Below are positions 48,209 to 58,643 of a DNA stretch of 64,000 nucleotides, one piece after another (position 1 is the first letter of the stretch; each line of letters opens with the position of its first letter). The stretch is from Nitrospirota bacterium (GTDB lineage: Bacteria; Nitrospirota; UBA9217). The translations under genes were made by a program, and so were the position numbers. The stretch is taken from positions 256,001-320,000 of the forward strand of contig CAWJQQ010000008.1 of assembly GCA_963845065.1 (NCBI GenBank), written 5' to 3'. The notes under the pieces are model-generated. The model searched no databases and was not told the origin of the DNA. It worked only from the letters and a program-made list of their open reading frames with translations.

Positions 48209-49828
48209 ATGGCGAAACTTCCGAAACCAGACGAACTAGCGAAAGTTGATTACGCGCTGCCGAAAACGGGCTGGATGGAAACGCCCGTAGTGGTCAAAGA
48301 GGGCATGTTCTGCCACGGGTCGAAGCCGAAGAGCCTGACTACTGTTGGGTTCCCGAATCCCCGAGATTGGAGACCGGCAGATGCTGACTGGAAATTGCCT
48401 GAAAACTGGAAGGAGATTCTCCTCGAGGGTATCGCAGAGCGGCTCAAAAAGTACCGGTCATTCCGGCTGTTCATGGACATCTGCGTGCGCTGCGGCGCCT
48501 GTGCAGATAAGTGCCACTTCTTTATCGGCACGGGTGACCCGAAGAATATGCCGGTGCTTAGGGCAGAGCTAATACGCTCGATTTATCGCAAGGAGTTTAC
48601 CCTGGCAGGCAAGATCTTCGGTAAGATGGCAGGCGCACGCGAACTTACCATCGATGTTTTGAAGGAGTGGTGGTACTACTTCTTTCAATGTACTGAATGC
48701 CGGCGCTGCTCGGTCTTTTGCCCCTATGGCATCGACCAGGCCGAGATCACAATCATCGGCCGGGAACTTCTTAATCTGCTTGGCTTGAACATTGAGTGGA
48801 TCGCGGGGCCGGTCGCGAACTGCTATATGAAGGGCAATCACCTGGGCCTTGAACCCCATGCGATCGTCGGCAACCTCCAATATATGCTGGATGATATCGA
48901 GACCATCACGGGCAAGAGGATCAAGCCAACCTTCAACCGGAAGGGTGCTGAGATCCTGTTCGTAACACCTTCAGGCGACCTGTTTGCGGACCCCGGTACG
49001 TATACGTGCATGGGATACCTTATGCTGTTTGAGGAACTTGGGCTCGACTATACTTGGAGCACCTATGCTTCCGAAGGAGGAAACTTCGGTTTCTTCACCT
49101 CGAACGAAATGGCTAAGCGGCTCAATTCCAAGATATATGCAGAGGCCAAGCGTCTCGGCGTAAAGTGGATCCTCGGCGGAGAGTGCGGCCACATGTGGCG
49201 GGTGCTCTCCCAGTACATGGATACTTGGAACGGGCCTGCCGACTTCCTGGAAGTTCCGAAATCGCCGATTACCGGTACTGTTTTTGAACAGGCAAAATCG
49301 ATGAAGATGGTCCATATTGCGGAATTCACTGCTGACCTAGTCAAGAACAATAAGCTAAAGCTCGATCCGAAGCGGAACGACCATCTCAAAGTAACCTGGC
49401 ACGACTCCTGTAATACCGCGCGGGGTATGGGTCTTCTTGAAGAACCGCGCTACGTGCTTAAGAGTGTTGTGAACAACTTCTATGAAATGCCCGAAGATAC
49501 GATTCGCGAAAAGACCTTCTGTTGCGGCAGTGGAACTGGTTTGAATGCCTCGGAGGACATGGACCTCCGCATGAAGGGCGGGTTCCCGCGTGCGAATGCG
49601 GTCAAGTTCGTTCGTGAGCACTACGGCGTGAACATGCTTGCCAATATCTGTGCCATCGACCGGGCATCGCTCAAATCCCTCATGGATTACTGGGTACCGG
49701 ACGTTAACGTATGCGGCCTCCACGAACTCGTGGCTAACGCCCTGGTTATGAATGGGGAGAAGGAGAGGACGACCGATCTTCGCGGCGAACCCCTCCCATC
49801 GGCCCAAGCGAAGGAGGAAAAAGCCTAA
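48209..49828 (+). CDS. dsrK: DsrK (HdrD-like Fe-S protein)
   Basis: CVRCGACADKCH, CTECRRCSVFCP, GECGH, HDSC, CCGSG. Confidence 0.96.
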   Translation: MAKLPKPDELAKVDYALPKTGWMETPVVVKEGMFCHGSKPKSLTTVGFPNPRDWRPADADWKLPENWKEILLEGIAERLKKYRSFRLFMDICVRCGACADKCHFFIGTGDPKNMPVLRAELIRSIYRKEFTLAGKIFGKMAGARELTIDVLKEWWYYFFQCTECRRCSVFCPYGIDQAEITIIGRELLNLLGLNIEWIAGPVANCYMKGNHLGLEPHAIVGNLQYMLDDIETITGKRIKPTFNRKGAEILFVTPSGDLFADPGTYTCMGYLMLFEELGLDYTWSTYASEGGNFGFFTSNEMAKRLNSKIYAEAKRLGVKWILGGECGHMWRVLSQYMDTWNGPADFLEVPKSPITGTVFEQAKSMKMVHIAEFTADLVKNNKLKLDPKRNDHLKVTWHDSCNTARGMGLLEEPRYVLKSVVNNFYEMPEDTIREKTFCCGSGTGLNASEDMDLRMKGGFPRANAVKFVREHYGVNMLANICAIDRASLKSLMDYWVPDVNVCGLHELVANALVMNGEKERTTDLRGEPLPSAQAKEEKA

Positions 49829-50256
49829 TGAAACTTTATGACGGCGGTAAAATAATCGTCGGGCTTCTGGTGTTCATCGGGATAGCAACGTTCCCCTTTT
49901 ACTATAATATCGGCAAGGTGAATGCGAAGCCAGAACTGAAAACGGACACACCGGTGATCCAGGAGTGGGAAAAACAGTATGGGAAAAAAGAGTGCGTTGA
50001 GTCCAAGGAGTACATGCGGACCGAACATATGCAACTTCTGAACAATTGGAGGGATTCGGTCGTGCGAGATATGAATCGACAGTACGTCAGCACGGCTAGC
50101 GGCAAAGTGTTTGACATGAGCTTACAGAACGGCTGCTTTCACTGTCACTCGAATAAAAAACATTTTTGCGATCAATGCCACAACTACATGGCGGTCAAAC
50201 CTTATTGTTTTGATTGCCATATTCAGCCGACGGAGAAGGAGGAGGATAAATCATGA
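49828..50256 (+). CDS. dsrJ: DsrJ triheme cytochrome c
   Basis: CVE..YMR.EHM.LL..WRDSVVR, CFHCH, CDQCH, CFDCH. Confidence 0.94.
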   Translation: MKLYDGGKIIVGLLVFIGIATFPFYYNIGKVNAKPELKTDTPVIQEWEKQYGKKECVESKEYMRTEHMQLLNNWRDSVVRDMNRQYVSTASGKVFDMSLQNGCFHCHSNKKHFCDQCHNYMAVKPYCFDCHIQPTEKEEDKS

Positions 50257-51083
50257 GCATGGACAGGAGACAATTTCTGAAAATTGCCGGCATCTCCTCC
50301 ATTCTGGGATTCGGCGCCTCGGTAGCATCGGCTAAGCACTCGATCTGGCAAATGGGCCTGGAACCGCCGCAAGTTGAGCCAAACAAGGACGCCCTGAACG
50401 GGAAGCGGTGGGCAATGGTTGTCGACATGAGCAAGTTTAAAACTGAAGAGGACATCAAGAAGGTTGTAAGCGCCTGTCATCAGACGCACAATGTGCCTGA
50501 CTTCCGGAATCCCGACGGGACCGTGGACATTAGGCACGAAATTAAATGGATCTGGGAAGAGCCTTATGAACGGACCTTTCCGGGGGCCGAAAACAAATTC
50601 ATGAGTGAGAACATCAAGGACATGCCCTTTATCGTGTTCTGCAACCAGTGCGACAGCCCGCCCTGTGTACGGGTCTGTCCCACCAAGGCCACGTTCAAAC
50701 TCCCGAATGGCATCACGATGCAGGACGAGCACCGCTGCATCGGGTGCCGGTTCTGCATGGCAGCATGCCCCTACGGGTCGCGGAGCTTTAACTGGGTTGA
50801 CCCGCGAAAAGCGCTCAATCCGGTTACTGAAAACAAGGCATATCCGACCAGAACCAAGGGCGTTGTAGAGAAATGTACTTTCTGCACCGAGCGGCTTGAG
50901 GCCGGGAAGTTTCCGGCTTGCGTCGAAGCCGCTCCTAAGGGTGCCATGTTCTTCGGAGACATCGAAGACCAGAATTCCGATGTCAGGAAGATCGTTTCAT
51001 CCCAACTGACCATCAGGCGAAAGCCAGATTTGGGCACAGGCCCGGCTGTTTATTATCTCATAGGAGGGAGCGACCATGCTTGA
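50253..51083 (+). CDS. dsrO: DsrO periplasmic Fe-S protein
   Basis: DRRQFL Tat signal, CNQCDSPPCVRVCP, CIGCRFCMAACPY, GVVEKCTFC. Confidence 0.94.
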   Translation: MSMDRRQFLKIAGISSILGFGASVASAKHSIWQMGLEPPQVEPNKDALNGKRWAMVVDMSKFKTEEDIKKVVSACHQTHNVPDFRNPDGTVDIRHEIKWIWEEPYERTFPGAENKFMSENIKDMPFIVFCNQCDSPPCVRVCPTKATFKLPNGITMQDEHRCIGCRFCMAACPYGSRSFNWVDPRKALNPVTENKAYPTRTKGVVEKCTFCTERLEAGKFPACVEAAPKGAMFFGDIEDQNSDVRKIVSSQLTIRRKPDLGTGPAVYYLIGGSDHA

Positions 51084-52248
51084 GAAAGCATTTGAGGGAG
51101 GGAAAAAATACTGGGCATGGGTGTTCTTTCTTGGTGCCCTGGCTACAATAGGCGTCTATAATTACACCCGGCAGTTTCAGTACGGGTTAGGGCTTACGGG
51201 CATGAATCGGGATGTGTCGTGGGGCCTGTACATCGGCCAGTTCACGTTCCTCGTCGGCGTTGCGGCTTCGGCGGTGATGCTCGTTATCCCTTATTATTTG
51301 CATGATTTTAAGAAATTCACCAAGGTTGTCATCCTTGGTGAATTTCTCGCGATCTCGGCAGTGATCATGTGCCTCCTCTTCATATTTGCGGACATGGGCC
51401 AGCCAATGCGGATCATGAACGTCTTTCTGCACCCCTCGCCGACTTCTATCATGTTCTGGGATTCCTGTGTTCTGTCAGGGTATCTTGTCATCAATGCACT
51501 GGTCGGGTGGGTCACCTTGAGCGCCGATCGTAAGGGCGTACCGCCGCCAAAGTGGATTAAATTTTTCATCTATTTGTCGATTCCCTGGGCAGTGAGTATC
51601 CACACCGTGACAGCGTTTTTGTTCGCAGGACTACCGGCGCGGCACTTTTGGCTAAGCGCCGTGATGGCAGCCCGGTTCCTCGCATCGGCGTTTGCAGCCG
51701 GCCCGGCTCTGCTGATAATCCTTTCGCTAATCGTCCGAAAGGTTTCTAAGTTCGATCCCGGCAAGGAGGCCATCCAGGCAATTGGGAAGATCGTGGCCTA
51801 CGCCATGTTCGCAAACGTTTTTCTCCTCGGGCTCGAATTCTTCACGGCCTTCTACAGCGGCATCCCGGGGCATGAAAGTTCTTTCATATACCTCTATGCT
51901 GGGCTCGAAGGCCATTCTGAACTGGTGCCTATTATGTGGACGTCAACCATTCTGGCCGTTATATCGCTAGCCATGCTGGTGTACCCGGCTACCCGCAAAA
52001 ATGAAGGATCACTGGCTTTTGCCTGCGTGGCGCTCTTTATCTCACTCTGGATCGACAAGGGTTTCGGTCTTATCATCGGCGGTTTCATACCGAACCCTTT
52101 CGAAGAAGTGCATACGTACTGGCCGACCGTGCCGGAGGCTTTAATAGCTCTCGGCGTCTGGTCCATAGGATTCCTAGTACTATCCATGCTGTATAAAATC
52201 GCTATATCTGTCAGAGAAAGTACGGCGGGGATAGAAATAGACCACTAA
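51076..52248 (+). CDS. dsrP: DsrP NrfD-family membrane protein
   Basis: TGMNRDVSWGLYI.QFTFLVGVAASAVM, SIPWAVSIHTVTAF, WIDKG. Confidence 0.95.
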   Translation: MLEKAFEGGKKYWAWVFFLGALATIGVYNYTRQFQYGLGLTGMNRDVSWGLYIGQFTFLVGVAASAVMLVIPYYLHDFKKFTKVVILGEFLAISAVIMCLLFIFADMGQPMRIMNVFLHPSPTSIMFWDSCVLSGYLVINALVGWVTLSADRKGVPPPKWIKFFIYLSIPWAVSIHTVTAFLFAGLPARHFWLSAVMAARFLASAFAAGPALLIILSLIVRKVSKFDPGKEAIQAIGKIVAYAMFANVFLLGLEFFTAFYSGIPGHESSFIYLYAGLEGHSELVPIMWTSTILAVISLAMLVYPATRKNEGSLAFACVALFISLWIDKGFGLIIGGFIPNPFEEVHTYWPTVPEALIALGVWSIGFLVLSMLYKIAISVRESTAGIEIDH

Positions 52249-52269
52249 GAACAGGTACTTACTGTCTAG

Positions 52270-52304
52270 AAAGGGCCCTCCTGATCGAGGATGGGCCCTT
52301 TTTT
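52270..52304 (+). terminator. Rho-independent terminator after dsrP
   Basis: AAAGGGCCC...GGGCCCTTT stem followed by a T-run. Confidence 0.8.
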
Positions 52305-52395
52305 ATTTTCATTTCTTACTTGATTTTATCAGCTCCGGCAGGTAATATATTACGTTTTTGGAATCATACTTCAACTGAAGGAGGAGCAAAGCATC

Positions 52396-52581
52396 ATGTA
52401 TATGGTAACAATCGACAAAGCGAAGTGCGACGGAGACGGCACCTGTGCGAACGTGTGTCCACAAGCGGTGTTCAAGATTGAGGACGGCAAAGCCGACCCG
52501 GTCAACATGTCCGAATGCATCAACTGCCTGACCTGCGTGGAAAGCTGTCCCCAGCAGGCAATAACCGTTACCGAGATTTAG
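52396..52581 (+). CDS. Dicluster ferredoxin, copy 2
   Basis: CDGDGTC...CP and CINCLTC...CP; AGGAGG RBS. Confidence 0.92.
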   Translation: MYMVTIDKAKCDGDGTCANVCPQAVFKIEDGKADPVNMSECINCLTCVESCPQQAITVTEI

Positions 52582-52613
52582 GCAGTTATAGTCAATCTGG
52601 ATTTACACATGCA

Positions 52614-52650
52614 AAAGGGGACCGGCATACAGCCGGTCCCCTTATTTTTT
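52614..52650. terminator. Terminator between the convergent ferredoxin and slipin genes
   Basis: AAGGGGACCGGC/GCCGGTCCCCTT stem with flanking A and T tracts. Confidence 0.8.
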
Positions 52651-52680
52651 CTACTTGACGATGCGCAGAGCAGTCCTGGC

Positions 52681-53451
52681 CTACTCTTTATTCACTAACT
52701 TTTGGAAAGCCGTAATGAATTCTATCGGAAGAGGGAACACGATAGTTGTATTCTTTTCCGTGCCGATCTCGGTCAGTGTCTGAAGGTACCGAAGCTGCAA
52801 GGCTATCGGGTTTTTGCTTATAACCGCCGCGGCTTCGCCAAGTTTAGTCGATGCCTGCAGTTCTCCTTCTGCGTGGATGATCTTGGCGCGGCGCTCGCGT
52901 TCCGCCTGTGCCTGGATGGCGATGGCACGCTGCATCTCTGCAGGCAGGTCCACGTTCCTCACTTCTACGGTCGTTACCTTCACACCCCACGGTTCTGTCT
53001 GCTGGTCAATAACCTTTTGAAGCTCGGCATTGATGGCATCGCGGTTCGAGAGCAGGTCGTCGAACGAGTTCTGGCCGAGAATGCTCCGGAGGGTTGTCTG
53101 GGCGATAAGCGAAGTGGCATAGTAGAAGTCCTCGACCTCGATGATGGCCTTGCTCGGTTCGATGACCCTGAAATAAACCACGGCATTGACTTTTACGGTC
53201 ACGTTGTCTTTCGTAATCACGTCCTGGGACGGGACGTCCATCGTCACGGTTCGCAGGCTCACGCGTACCATCTTCTGTATCCCGGGCCAGAGAAAAATAA
53301 TCCCCGGTCCTTTTACACCACGATCTTTGCTCACCTTGCCGAGTGTAAAGATGAGGCCCCGCTCGTACTGCTTCAGGATTTTTACGATGTTGTACAGGAT
53401 GGCAAAAAAGATGATGATCGAGAAGAGAAAACTAGTTGCTAATATTTGCAT
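52681..53451 (-). CDS. SPFH/stomatin-like (slipin) protein
   Basis: [44 protein letters not shown]. Confidence 0.93.
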   Translation of the reverse strand: MQILATSFLFSIIIFFAILYNIVKILKQYERGLIFTLGKVSKDRGVKGPGIIFLWPGIQKMVRVSLRTVTMDVPSQDVITKDNVTVKVNAVVYFRVIEPSKAIIEVEDFYYATSLIAQTTLRSILGQNSFDDLLSNRDAINAELQKVIDQQTEPWGVKVTTVEVRNVDLPAEMQRAIAIQAQAERERRAKIIHAEGELQASTKLGEAAAVISKNPIALQLRYLQTLTEIGTEKNTTIVFPLPIEFITAFQKLVNKE

Positions 53452-53486
53452 AGTGAATCCTCCTTTTATGAATGACAACAGGTCGT

Positions 53487-54836
53487 TTATTGCTTAATGA
53501 TCTTTTTTACCTTGACTTTCAGACCTTCCATGGCAGTGACCGTGACACGTTCTCCCTTCTGAATCGACTCGTCGCTCCAGGCGCTCCAGTATTCACCTCT
53601 CATGAACACCTGTCCGTCTGTATGAATGTCCGTCTTGGCTAGCGCCTCCATGCCGATCATTCCTTCCTTGCCGGTATACGGCTTTTCTCGGTACACGCGA
53701 ACGGCGACGGTCATGGTGATAATAAAGAGGATTGCGGACATGCCAACTGCCGGAATGATCACGGCCCAGGATATTTGCAGGACAGGAGATGACGAGTTGA
53801 TCAGCATGATCGAGCCAAAGAGCATGGAGATCGTCCCACCGATCCCCAGTATCCCGTGGCTCGTGATGAAAGCTTCCGCTATGAACAGACTAATGCCGAG
53901 AATAATGAGAAGGAGCCCGGCATAATTGATTGGGAGTGTATGGAGAGCGTAAAAGGCAAGGACGAGGCAGATCGCTCCTGCAACACCGGGGAAAATCGCG
54001 CCGGGGTTCGAGAGCTCGAAATAGAGACCGTAGAATCCAAGAATCATCAGGATGTACGCAATATTTGGATTACTGATAATTTCCAGCAAACGATAGCGGA
54101 AGCCCATATTGATTTCCTTCACTTCCGCGCCCTCGGTTGAAAGCGTTTTCTTGCCGATAACGAGATCTATTTTTTTTCCGTTCAGGGCTTTTACCAGGGT
54201 CGGAACATCAGGCGCAATAAGATCGATCACATGGTCTTTCAACGCTTCAGTTTCGGTAATCGATACGCTGTTTCGCACTGCATCCTCAGCCCACTTGGCG
54301 TTCCTTCCCCGCTTTTCCGCAATGCCGCGCGCCATCGCTGCCAGATCGTTTACGACTTTTTTTTCCATGGTCTTGTCCATGGTTCCTTGCATTGTAACCG
54401 GATGGGCAGCTCCCATGTGCGTTGTCGGTGCCATAGCGGCAATGTTAGCTGCGAGAGTTATGAATACTCCGGCCGAAGCGGCCCGCGCCCCGCTCGGAGC
54501 AACATAGACGACAGTCGCCAAATCGGCGGCCATCATCTTCATGACGATCTCTTGCATAGAATCAACAAGTCCTCCGGGGGTGTTCAACTGGATAATGATC
54601 GCCTCGGCCTTGGCTTCAGATGCCTTATCGATCGAATTGATTATATAATCGGCGATCACGGGCGTAATCGCCGCGTCGACATTAATGAGGAATATCTGAT
54701 GGCGATGTGCAGCTGGGCTTGGAGATACCGGCTTCGCGGTTTTGACTATTTCGACTGACAGAGAATCTTTTCCGAACCAGGATAACAAAAGAAAGAACGA
54801 GAATAACAGGATCATCCATCTCGTATTTTTTTGCAT
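53487..54836 (-). CDS. nfeD: NfeD membrane-bound serine protease, long form
   Basis: [22 protein letters not shown], multiple TMs, C-terminal OB fold (GEYWSA). Confidence 0.92.
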   Translation of the reverse strand: MQKNTRWMILLFSFFLLLSWFGKDSLSVEIVKTAKPVSPSPAAHRHQIFLINVDAAITPVIADYIINSIDKASEAKAEAIIIQLNTPGGLVDSMQEIVMKMMAADLATVVYVAPSGARAASAGVFITLAANIAAMAPTTHMGAAHPVTMQGTMDKTMEKKVVNDLAAMARGIAEKRGRNAKWAEDAVRNSVSITETEALKDHVIDLIAPDVPTLVKALNGKKIDLVIGKKTLSTEGAEVKEINMGFRYRLLEIISNPNIAYILMILGFYGLYFELSNPGAIFPGVAGAICLVLAFYALHTLPINYAGLLLIILGISLFIAEAFITSHGILGIGGTISMLFGSIMLINSSSPVLQISWAVIIPAVGMSAILFIITMTVAVRVYREKPYTGKEGMIGMEALAKTDIHTDGQVFMRGEYWSAWSDESIQKGERVTVTAMEGLKVKVKKIIKQ

Positions 54837-54943
54837 TACTCTCCTCCGTGTGATAGCAAAGTATAGCCTCTATGCCACATGCTGTCAAGAAGTGCTTGAC
54901 TCAGAAAAGGTTTTTCTGTAGCATCGATACAGCAAAATGCGCT

Positions 54944-55483
54944 ATGAGAGTGACTGGAGGCATAAGCAGAGGGCAGCGGTTAAAGGTCCCGGCAGGATCA
55001 GGTGTCAGACCTACCTCCGACAAGGTAAAACAGGCGTTGTTCAACATTCTCGGCAACAGGATAATTGGTGCTTCTTTTCTAGATCTCTATGCAGGCGCGG
55101 GCGGCATTGGCATCGAGGCCCTCAGTCGAGAAGCAGGTCTAGTGGTCTTCGTCGATTCATCGCGAGAGTCCCTCTCCGTCATCAAGAAAAACATCGAGCA
55201 GACCGGGTTCGGGGAACGGGCGCAGGTCGTCTCGGCCAAGGCTGAGAGTTATCTGAAAAAGCCATCAGGGCGTTATGATATCGTTTTTCTCGATCCTCCC
55301 TATGCCGAAGATATGCAGCCGCTCCTCGATCTGCTTGCGGGATCGGGAAGCATTAAAAGCGACGGCATCGTGGTAGCAGAGCATTTTAGGAAGCAGCCAT
55401 CTCCGGCAAAAGCGGGCGCTTTGGTGCTGTATCGCGAAGCGCGTTACGGTAATACGGTCCTGGCGTTTTATAAAATGACATAG
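54944..55483 (+). CDS. rsmD: 16S rRNA m2G966 methyltransferase
   Basis: RPTSDKVK.ALFN, LDLYAG.G..GIEALSR, FLDPPY; precedes coaD. Confidence 0.93.
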   Translation: MRVTGGISRGQRLKVPAGSGVRPTSDKVKQALFNILGNRIIGASFLDLYAGAGGIGIEALSREAGLVVFVDSSRESLSVIKKNIEQTGFGERAQVVSAKAESYLKKPSGRYDIVFLDPPYAEDMQPLLDLLAGSGSIKSDGIVVAEHFRKQPSPAKAGALVLYREARYGNTVLAFYKMT

Positions 55484-55607
55484 GCATAAGTATCTATAGA
55501 GGGTGCTTGGAGATGCGTTATAGTCAGCCTTGACGCTATGTAGAAAGAGAACCACATTGCTACTATAATAATCCTGCGCTAGTAGCATGCGGTAATAAGG
55601 AGGTCGT

Positions 55608-56090
55608 ATGAAACATGTCGCTGTCTATCCCGGCACTTTTGACCCAGTTACCAAAGGGCATGTAGATCTTGTCGAACGGAGCCTCAGTATTTTTGATGAG
55701 ATCATCGTCGCGATTGCGGCAAATCCAAGAAAAGAACCTCTTTTTACCCTCGACGAGCGCATCGATATGTTCGCGAAAGTGACGGACCAGTTCGAACGGA
55801 TGAAGATAGAGGGGTTCGATGGGCTCCTGGTAGATTATGTTAAAGAGAAGAAAGCCGTGGGCATTATCCGTGGCCTTCGCGCTGTATCAGACTTTGAATA
55901 TGAAATGCAGATGGCACTCATGAACCGGCGGCTCGACCATACGATTGAGACCGTCTTCCTGATGCCTAATGAGGAATACTCATTTATCACTTCGACAATC
56001 GTAAAAGAGGCCGCGAGTTATGGCGGCGATGTTTCCAGCCTCGTACCGAAAATTGTCGTAGAGAAACTCAAGAAGAAGTTCGGCAAGTAG
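55608..56090 (+). CDS. coaD: Phosphopantetheine adenylyltransferase
   Basis: YPGTFDPVT.GH, RGLRAVSDFEYE.QMA. Confidence 0.96.
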   Translation: MKHVAVYPGTFDPVTKGHVDLVERSLSIFDEIIVAIAANPRKEPLFTLDERIDMFAKVTDQFERMKIEGFDGLLVDYVKEKKAVGIIRGLRAVSDFEYEMQMALMNRRLDHTIETVFLMPNEEYSFITSTIVKEAASYGGDVSSLVPKIVVEKLKKKFGK

Positions 56091-56645
56091 GGGCGGAGAT
56101 TACCATCCTCATCTGCGAATCAATATTCTTTTAACGGCAAACCGTATAGCAAATGCAACATGGAGCCTTCAAAGTCTCGTCAAAATACAAGCATACTGAA
56201 TTTTCTGTGCTCAAAATTAAGAACCGCCATTCCTAACGCTTCCTTATTTCGTCTTGCCTACCATAGCTTCGATCATTTCCCAGTAGAGTCTTGCTTATTT
56301 CCTCTGTTGAGACTGGCTGGCATTCTCAATTCTAGTGTCTGCTTGCACCAAGCTGAAATGGTTAAGTGCATATCCGCCTGCCATGTATACCATCTTTATG
56401 ATTAATTCCTGGTTGATCCTCGGCCTTCTGCGATTATCATACGGAGCAATTTAAAATGCACCTACGCTTTTTTCAGGTTCTGATTAACCGGGTCAAAATG
56501 CCAACCTGCCGTTTTCCCACATTATTTTTCGGGGGAACGGATCCTAATCATTTTTTCGGAACAAAAAAACGATTCACTCTGTCTAATGAGTAGAGAGGGT
56601 AGGGACGCCTTCCTTCCACACTTCAAGAAGAGAAAGGAGAACAAT

Positions 56646-57458
56646 ATGCGTTACACAGTTTTCGTCACCTTCATCGTCTTTATGCTATCAGCAACAGCAC
56701 CGGCCAATGCCCACATCAAACCCTTTTTTGCGGGAGCAGTATCGGTAGATATCATTTCTGACAGAGGCACCGTTTTCCAGAGTTTCCTTTACCAGGAATT
56801 AAAGAGGGGAGAAACCTGGATAATCAAGAAATACCTCGAGGCCAAAAAAGGGGAAAACTACGGGATTGTCATCAGGAACAACACCCCGGAGCGTATCGGT
56901 GTGGTTATCGCTGCAGATGGAAGAAACATTATATCCGGCGGCATGTCTGACCTGAAAAACAGCGAGACTATGTATATTGTGAATCCGTACGAAGCGGCGC
57001 AGTATGACGGTTGGAGGACCTCGGAGAGCGAGGTGCACCGATTCTACTTCACCGAACCCATGGATTCCTACAGTGTCAGGACGTTTGACGATTCATCTGC
57101 AATGGGCGTAATTGCCGTTGCAGTTTTCCGGGAAAAGGAACAACCGCAGTCGTATCTGGAACAGCAGCAGAACAAAGCAGCACCCGCCCTTCCGTCAATG
57201 GAGAGTGCAAGGCAAGGCCAGAGAAAGGCGCTGGCTGACGAAAGCGCTGGAACGGGCTTCGGCGAAGCACAATACTCGCCTGTCATCAGCGTCAAGTTTA
57301 AGCCTGAATGCAAACCAATTCAGAAAATATTGGTCAAATATGAATGGCGGGAGACGCTATGCAGAAGAGGCATTCTTCAGTGCGAACAGAACCATGGAAA
57401 CCGCCTCTGGGGTCAGGAAGAGTACGTACCCTACCCTCCAGGTTATCCGAGGAATTAG
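56646..57458 (+). CDS. Exported hypothetical protein
   Basis: AAGGAG RBS, signal peptide (ANA-H), long open frame. Confidence 0.75.
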   Translation: MRYTVFVTFIVFMLSATAPANAHIKPFFAGAVSVDIISDRGTVFQSFLYQELKRGETWIIKKYLEAKKGENYGIVIRNNTPERIGVVIAADGRNIISGGMSDLKNSETMYIVNPYEAAQYDGWRTSESEVHRFYFTEPMDSYSVRTFDDSSAMGVIAVAVFREKEQPQSYLEQQQNKAAPALPSMESARQGQRKALADESAGTGFGEAQYSPVISVKFKPECKPIQKILVKYEWRETLCRRGILQCEQNHGNRLWGQEEYVPYPPGYPRN

Positions 57459-57665
57459 TATTATGTTTTGCAGCACTATAGCGCAAAGGTCGTGGTTATT
57501 GGGGATTTTACAGCCTGTCGTTTTTCCTTGAGCAGATAAATGTCAATCAGAAACATAAACAGCATAGTATCGCTGAAGGGTTTTTTGGAAAAAAAAGTTA
57601 AAAAATTAATATTATGGTGTATTATAATATCTTAACATGTTGGAGTCTAATTTCTATAGTGAACT

Positions 57666-58523
57666 ATGACATTCAGTATAACGGCCCATAAAATCGCGCG
57701 ATATTTTCGCAGAGAACTTTGTCGAACGCTCAGGATATCAATCGCCCTGTGCTTTCTCATTCTTGTTACAGCGCCTATCCCTGGTACGCTTAGTGCAAAG
57801 GATGAGGCAACCTCAAATTCCCAGACGAACATCCAGGCGTTCCAGCCTGGAGAAACACTGATTTATGATATCAGCTGGTCTAATATTCTCACCGCGGGGA
57901 CTGCCATAATGGAGGTTAAGAACCACACGTTGCCGGATGGGAAAGAGGTCCTCCAGTTTATCGTGACAGGCCATTCTATAGGATTGATAGATAAGTTATT
58001 TAAAGTGTACGATGCCGTCCAGAGTGTCTTCGACCCGAAGATCATGCAAAGCCTGACATTTAACGTCGATGAGAACTATGGGAAGAAAAAGAAACGCAGT
58101 GCTCTTGTTTTTGACCATGCGCAAAATACTGTGACTAGCAAGGTGAATGATGACCCACCAAAAAAACTGATTATTCCAGACCACGTGCAGGACCTTTTGT
58201 CGTCGTTCTACTATCTCAGGGCGGTAGAGGATTTCAGTAGAGACAAAACCATCGTCTTCGAAGTGTACGAAGGCGGCAAGATATGGTCTGTCGAAGTTTA
58301 TACGCTGGGTAGGGAAATTTTGAAGACGCCTGCAGGGGAGTTCTCCACGATTAAGATCAGGACCTATCCGAAGTATAAAGGGGTCTTTATGCACAAAGGT
58401 GAGGTCTTCATATGGCTAACGGATGACAGCCGGAAGGTCCCGGTACTTATGAAGATCAAGCTCGCTGTCGGATCTTTTGTGTTTACCTTACGGGAGGTGC
58501 AACGGGAGGGAGAGGCCCGATGA
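57666..58523 (+). CDS. DUF3108-like exported protein (start uncertain)
   Basis: F.PGE.L.Y.ISW, QD.LS.FYYLR, TPAG.F.TI, IW.TDD...VPV. Confidence 0.8.
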   Translation: MTFSITAHKIARYFRRELCRTLRISIALCFLILVTAPIPGTLSAKDEATSNSQTNIQAFQPGETLIYDISWSNILTAGTAIMEVKNHTLPDGKEVLQFIVTGHSIGLIDKLFKVYDAVQSVFDPKIMQSLTFNVDENYGKKKKRSALVFDHAQNTVTSKVNDDPPKKLIIPDHVQDLLSSFYYLRAVEDFSRDKTIVFEVYEGGKIWSVEVYTLGREILKTPAGEFSTIKIRTYPKYKGVFMHKGEVFIWLTDDSRKVPVLMKIKLAVGSFVFTLREVQREGEAR

Positions 58524-58643
58524 TTATTCTCATCGGGTAATGGTCTTTTGCCTGTACCTGTACCAGAACGGATATTATCCTCCGCGCCACAGGTTGACCA
58601 GGATGGAATCTGCAGAAGAATTTTGTCTGCATCAGGGCCGTGC

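Noticed and set aside
52702..53442. 246-aa plus-strand ORF
   Set aside because: Antisense shadow of the slipin gene
56160..56405. 81-aa ORF after coaD
   Set aside because: No RBS or motifs; likely spurious or unidentifiable decayed DNA
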